Assembly (NCBI GenBank): GCA_977020255.1
Contig: CDROCS010000376.1
Span: 372,001-436,000 of the forward strand
Length of the DNA: 64,000 nucleotides
DNA from: Obrimoposthia wandeli
Lineage: Eukaryota
Direction of reading: 5' to 3'
How positions within the stretch are numbered: position 1 is the stretch's first letter; every line of letters begins with the position of its first letter. Of this stretch, positions 61,101 through 64,000 are shown piece after piece. The position numbers and the translations under genes were made by a program. The notes under the pieces are model-generated. The model was not told the DNA's origin. It did not search any database and was given only the letters and a program-made list of their open reading frames with translations.

Positions 61101-62351
61101 CTTCGACTTTAAATTTTAGAGAAAAAGGTTTTTTTCAGCTTCAGGTCGACCTTGTAATGATGGTCGCTAACATAAATTCTTTAAAAGTTATCCTGACTAG
61201 TAAATTGCAAAGTTCTCTGAAAATGAATCTTTAGAGCCCTGCTAAAGAGATCGGTGCTAAATTTCCATTGATAGATATTGATAGCAAGAAATGAAAATAT
61301 AATAATTAAATAAATTGTTAAACTAAAGACCTTTACTTAGATTTTGATTCCCTTAATATGTTACTTGCTGCAGTTACCGAAAAATGTTAAAGTAAAATAT
61401 CGGTGACGTTGATAAACTGCAGAAATTGAGATATTTTAAAAAAATGACTTCCGACAAATAAATTTCACATTCTTGGCTTAACAATATATCTAAACAAATT
61501 TAATATTAGCTTAATACGATTTAATACGAATATCTAGTATGAAATTTTCAGTCACCAGCTAGCGATGTGGGAGGAATTTGCTAAAAAATTAGTTCAAACC
61601 TCTGCATCAAACTAACTTTCTAAAAGTTTCATAAATCTAATGTAATGTTGACGTCGCCACCACCGCTTGTCAAGCTATCGGCGCAGAGTTCTGTGAACAT
61701 GGCCCAATTTTTATTTATAATAACACATATTACTCTATCTTCATGACCACTTAAATGGTTTTGGTGATATAAGTGGGTAACCTGATGCAGGGATGTGATC
61801 TAATCTGACATCAGATATGCCCTCCAATTTATAGCCAGCTAAGTATTTCAAATGGATACATAACTGAGATGAAATTATTCTTTATTCTCATTATGAAATG
61901 ACTTGGTAAAAACTATTTAAACATATTTTCTACTTTTATTTTTCTCCAAAATACTTTACAAAACTTTTTTTTGACTAAGAAATTTATTTCAAATTTGTAT
62001 GAGACTATATGGAAGAGCAGAAAAATTTTCTTTTCCATTTATTTAGGCCATCAACTTCATAATATAGAATAAAAATTTGAATTGAAAGAGAAAAAAAAGG
62101 TGTATTTCTAAATTAAACGTTTTTCAAATGGATACATAATTGAAATGAAATTATTCTATGAACCTTCTTAATATCAAATGACTTGGAATTCTATGAAAAG
62201 ATATAAAAATAATTTAGCTTACAATTATTTTTTCTAAAACGAAAGTCTCGAAAATTTCGATGACACATTTTTATTTTGACATTTCCTCGTATTTTTCAAA
62301 ATTTTTTAAATTAAAGATTTTATTAAAAATGAAGTTTGTGTTTATCAACAG

Positions 62352-62858
62352 GCCACGTGCGTGACTATCGAATGCCCGACGGTGACCGGGCAGCGGCGAG
62401 GGGAACCCTGGCGGACAACTCATATGACGGGGTGCTGCTGGCAAATGGCGGTCTGCAGAACGGGCTCGGCAAGCTCACAGACAGAGACGTGCTGCGCCAG
62501 GGTCCACCCTCATTCGTGGGCTGGAGTGCTGCATCCAGACTTCACCCCACGGCGGCAGTGGTCTCTATAGAACTCAGGCTGTCGAGCCCGCGACTAGTGC
62601 ACTCGGTGAGGGTGTGCTCGCGTGCGGGTTCAGTGCCGGGGTCAATAGAGGCAACTGTATTGTTCCAGGACAGCGGTGGGGGCGTTGGGCACACAGTCGT
62701 GTGGCGGGAAACAGGTGGTGGAGGCAGGCCGACAGGCGGAGATGAGTCCGTGTGGATCCGTATGGAAATAGGCAGAGGCGCTGTCGGGGATGTGGTAAAA
62801 CTTCAGCTGCGCTTCCGGTCTAGTTGGATCCTGTTGAGGGAGGTAGAGATTGACAGTG
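62352..62858 (+). CDS. DDR: DDR-like receptor, DS-like domain exon
   Basis: caacag acceptor, GTGAGT donor, phase 1/1, compatible with the exon ending at 10177. (S)HVRDYRMPDG..LADNSYDG..GLGKLTD..FVGW..VKLQLRFRSSWILLREVEIDS matches the DDR DS-like domain (YxMPxG, YDG, GLGxLxD, WILxSEV). Confidence 0.85.
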
Positions 62859-63706
62859 GTGAGTTGACTTCTCCGTGGGATTTCTTTCATTGCACCTTCT
62901 CAACAGATACTTACAGATTAATTCAAATTTAACTTTTAAAGATTTTGCCAGCATGCATGCTTCTTAAATTTTCGCATATATTGCTTAAATCGAGTAACAA
63001 ATTAACACAATAGGATATTTAATTCCACGTTTATACATATGGTATACAATTTTATTTAGATTTCGATTCAAATGACTATGAAATCCCATTTTCTGCAATC
63101 AAATAGTTATATGAATGAAATCAAGACAATTGAAGATGAATGAAAGTATAAGTGAATTTAAAAATAATATGAGTATTAAAAAATAGTGTCATACATGTCG
63201 GTGAAAGATCATTTTTTGTGTTCTGGATTAAAACATCACAATAAATTGTTTAATTAAGAGTCATAAAAATATACAATATCCATATCAAAAAGATTTATCA
63301 AAAAATAATATATTTTACTACTGAGATAACTGTTGGGAATATAAATATATAGTTTAAATTAATTTATTGAAGAGCCCACATTTGAACTGCGTTTATTTAA
63401 GACAGCGATGGCCAGTTTTTATCTTCTGCTTCACGGTGGAAAAATTGCCTGCGAAGTAGGAGACAAACACAGAAAGAACTATTGCATCCTCTATCGATTT
63501 TCTGCCTGCCTAATTTTAAGTGCACCACTTAAACACACCTGTTTTTTTACTTCCTCTATCTGTTTATTGGTGCCGATTTACATGTGTGTGTCTGCAAATT
63601 TATGTTATGTCACTTACGACAGAAATATTAATATAAAATTTTTAGCATAGAGAGATTTGATTTAATTTCTTATACCAATTATTAAATTGCTACAAAAAAA
63701 AGAATA

Positions 63707-63843
63707 ATTGCTGACGATATTTATTATTGTTATTACAGAAATCAGAAATTATTGCTGACGATATTTATTATTGTTATTACAGAAATCAGAAATTATTGCT
63801 GACGATATTTATTATTGTTATTACAGAAATCAGAAATTATTGC
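63707..63843. repeat. 44-bp tandem repeat (3 copies)
   Basis: attgctgacgatatttattattgttattacagaaatcagaaatt at 63707, 63751 and 63795. Confidence 0.95.
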
Positions 63844-64000
63844 ATTTACTGATTAAAACATAATTTTTACTGATCATTATTTTTATTGTTAATCATAAAA
63901 GTATAATTTTTGCTGATCATTATTGTTACTGTTATTAATGAAGACGGAAATTTTGGTTAATGAATTAGTTGGAAATAATAATTCATTAAAAATATAACAA

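Overview
AT-rich animal genomic DNA with two N-gaps. The host gene is a discoidin-domain-receptor (DDR)-like gene on the + strand. Four exons are reconstructable (536-674, 1347-1430, 10027-10177, 62352-62858) and splice in frame, with an 8.6-kb and a 52-kb intron. The introns hold four Polinton/Maverick (polintovirus)-related loci plus small DNA-transposon relics (hAT, piggyBac, Tc1/mariner) and weaker retroelement relics. The main feature is a nearly complete 17.3-kb Polinton (23502-40807) with ~90-bp TIRs, terminus AGTAGG and an imperfect 6-bp TSD. It has the core genes: pPolB, RVE integrase with chromodomain, packaging ATPase, adenain-type protease, and major and minor capsid proteins. It also has an unusual accessory set. 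(i) A spliced two-repeat TATA-binding-protein (TBP)-like gene. (ii) A pPolB whose N-terminus is spliced onto a RING-H2-like Cys/His domain and four acidic Trp repeats. (iii) A 5-exon nuclear protein with SIM-like motifs, an AT-hook and a three-fold exon-encoded repeat. (iv) A SERTA-like ORF, a DEDD-like ORF and two tandem paralogues of unknown function. (v) Nine predicted short spliceosomal introns, CCAAT+TATA promoters, and a subterminal array of 18 nuclear-receptor half-sites (TGACCT/AGGTCA). Virion genes carry stops or frameshifts, while the integrase and most regulatory ORFs are intact. All calls come from manual reading and translation; no database search was run.
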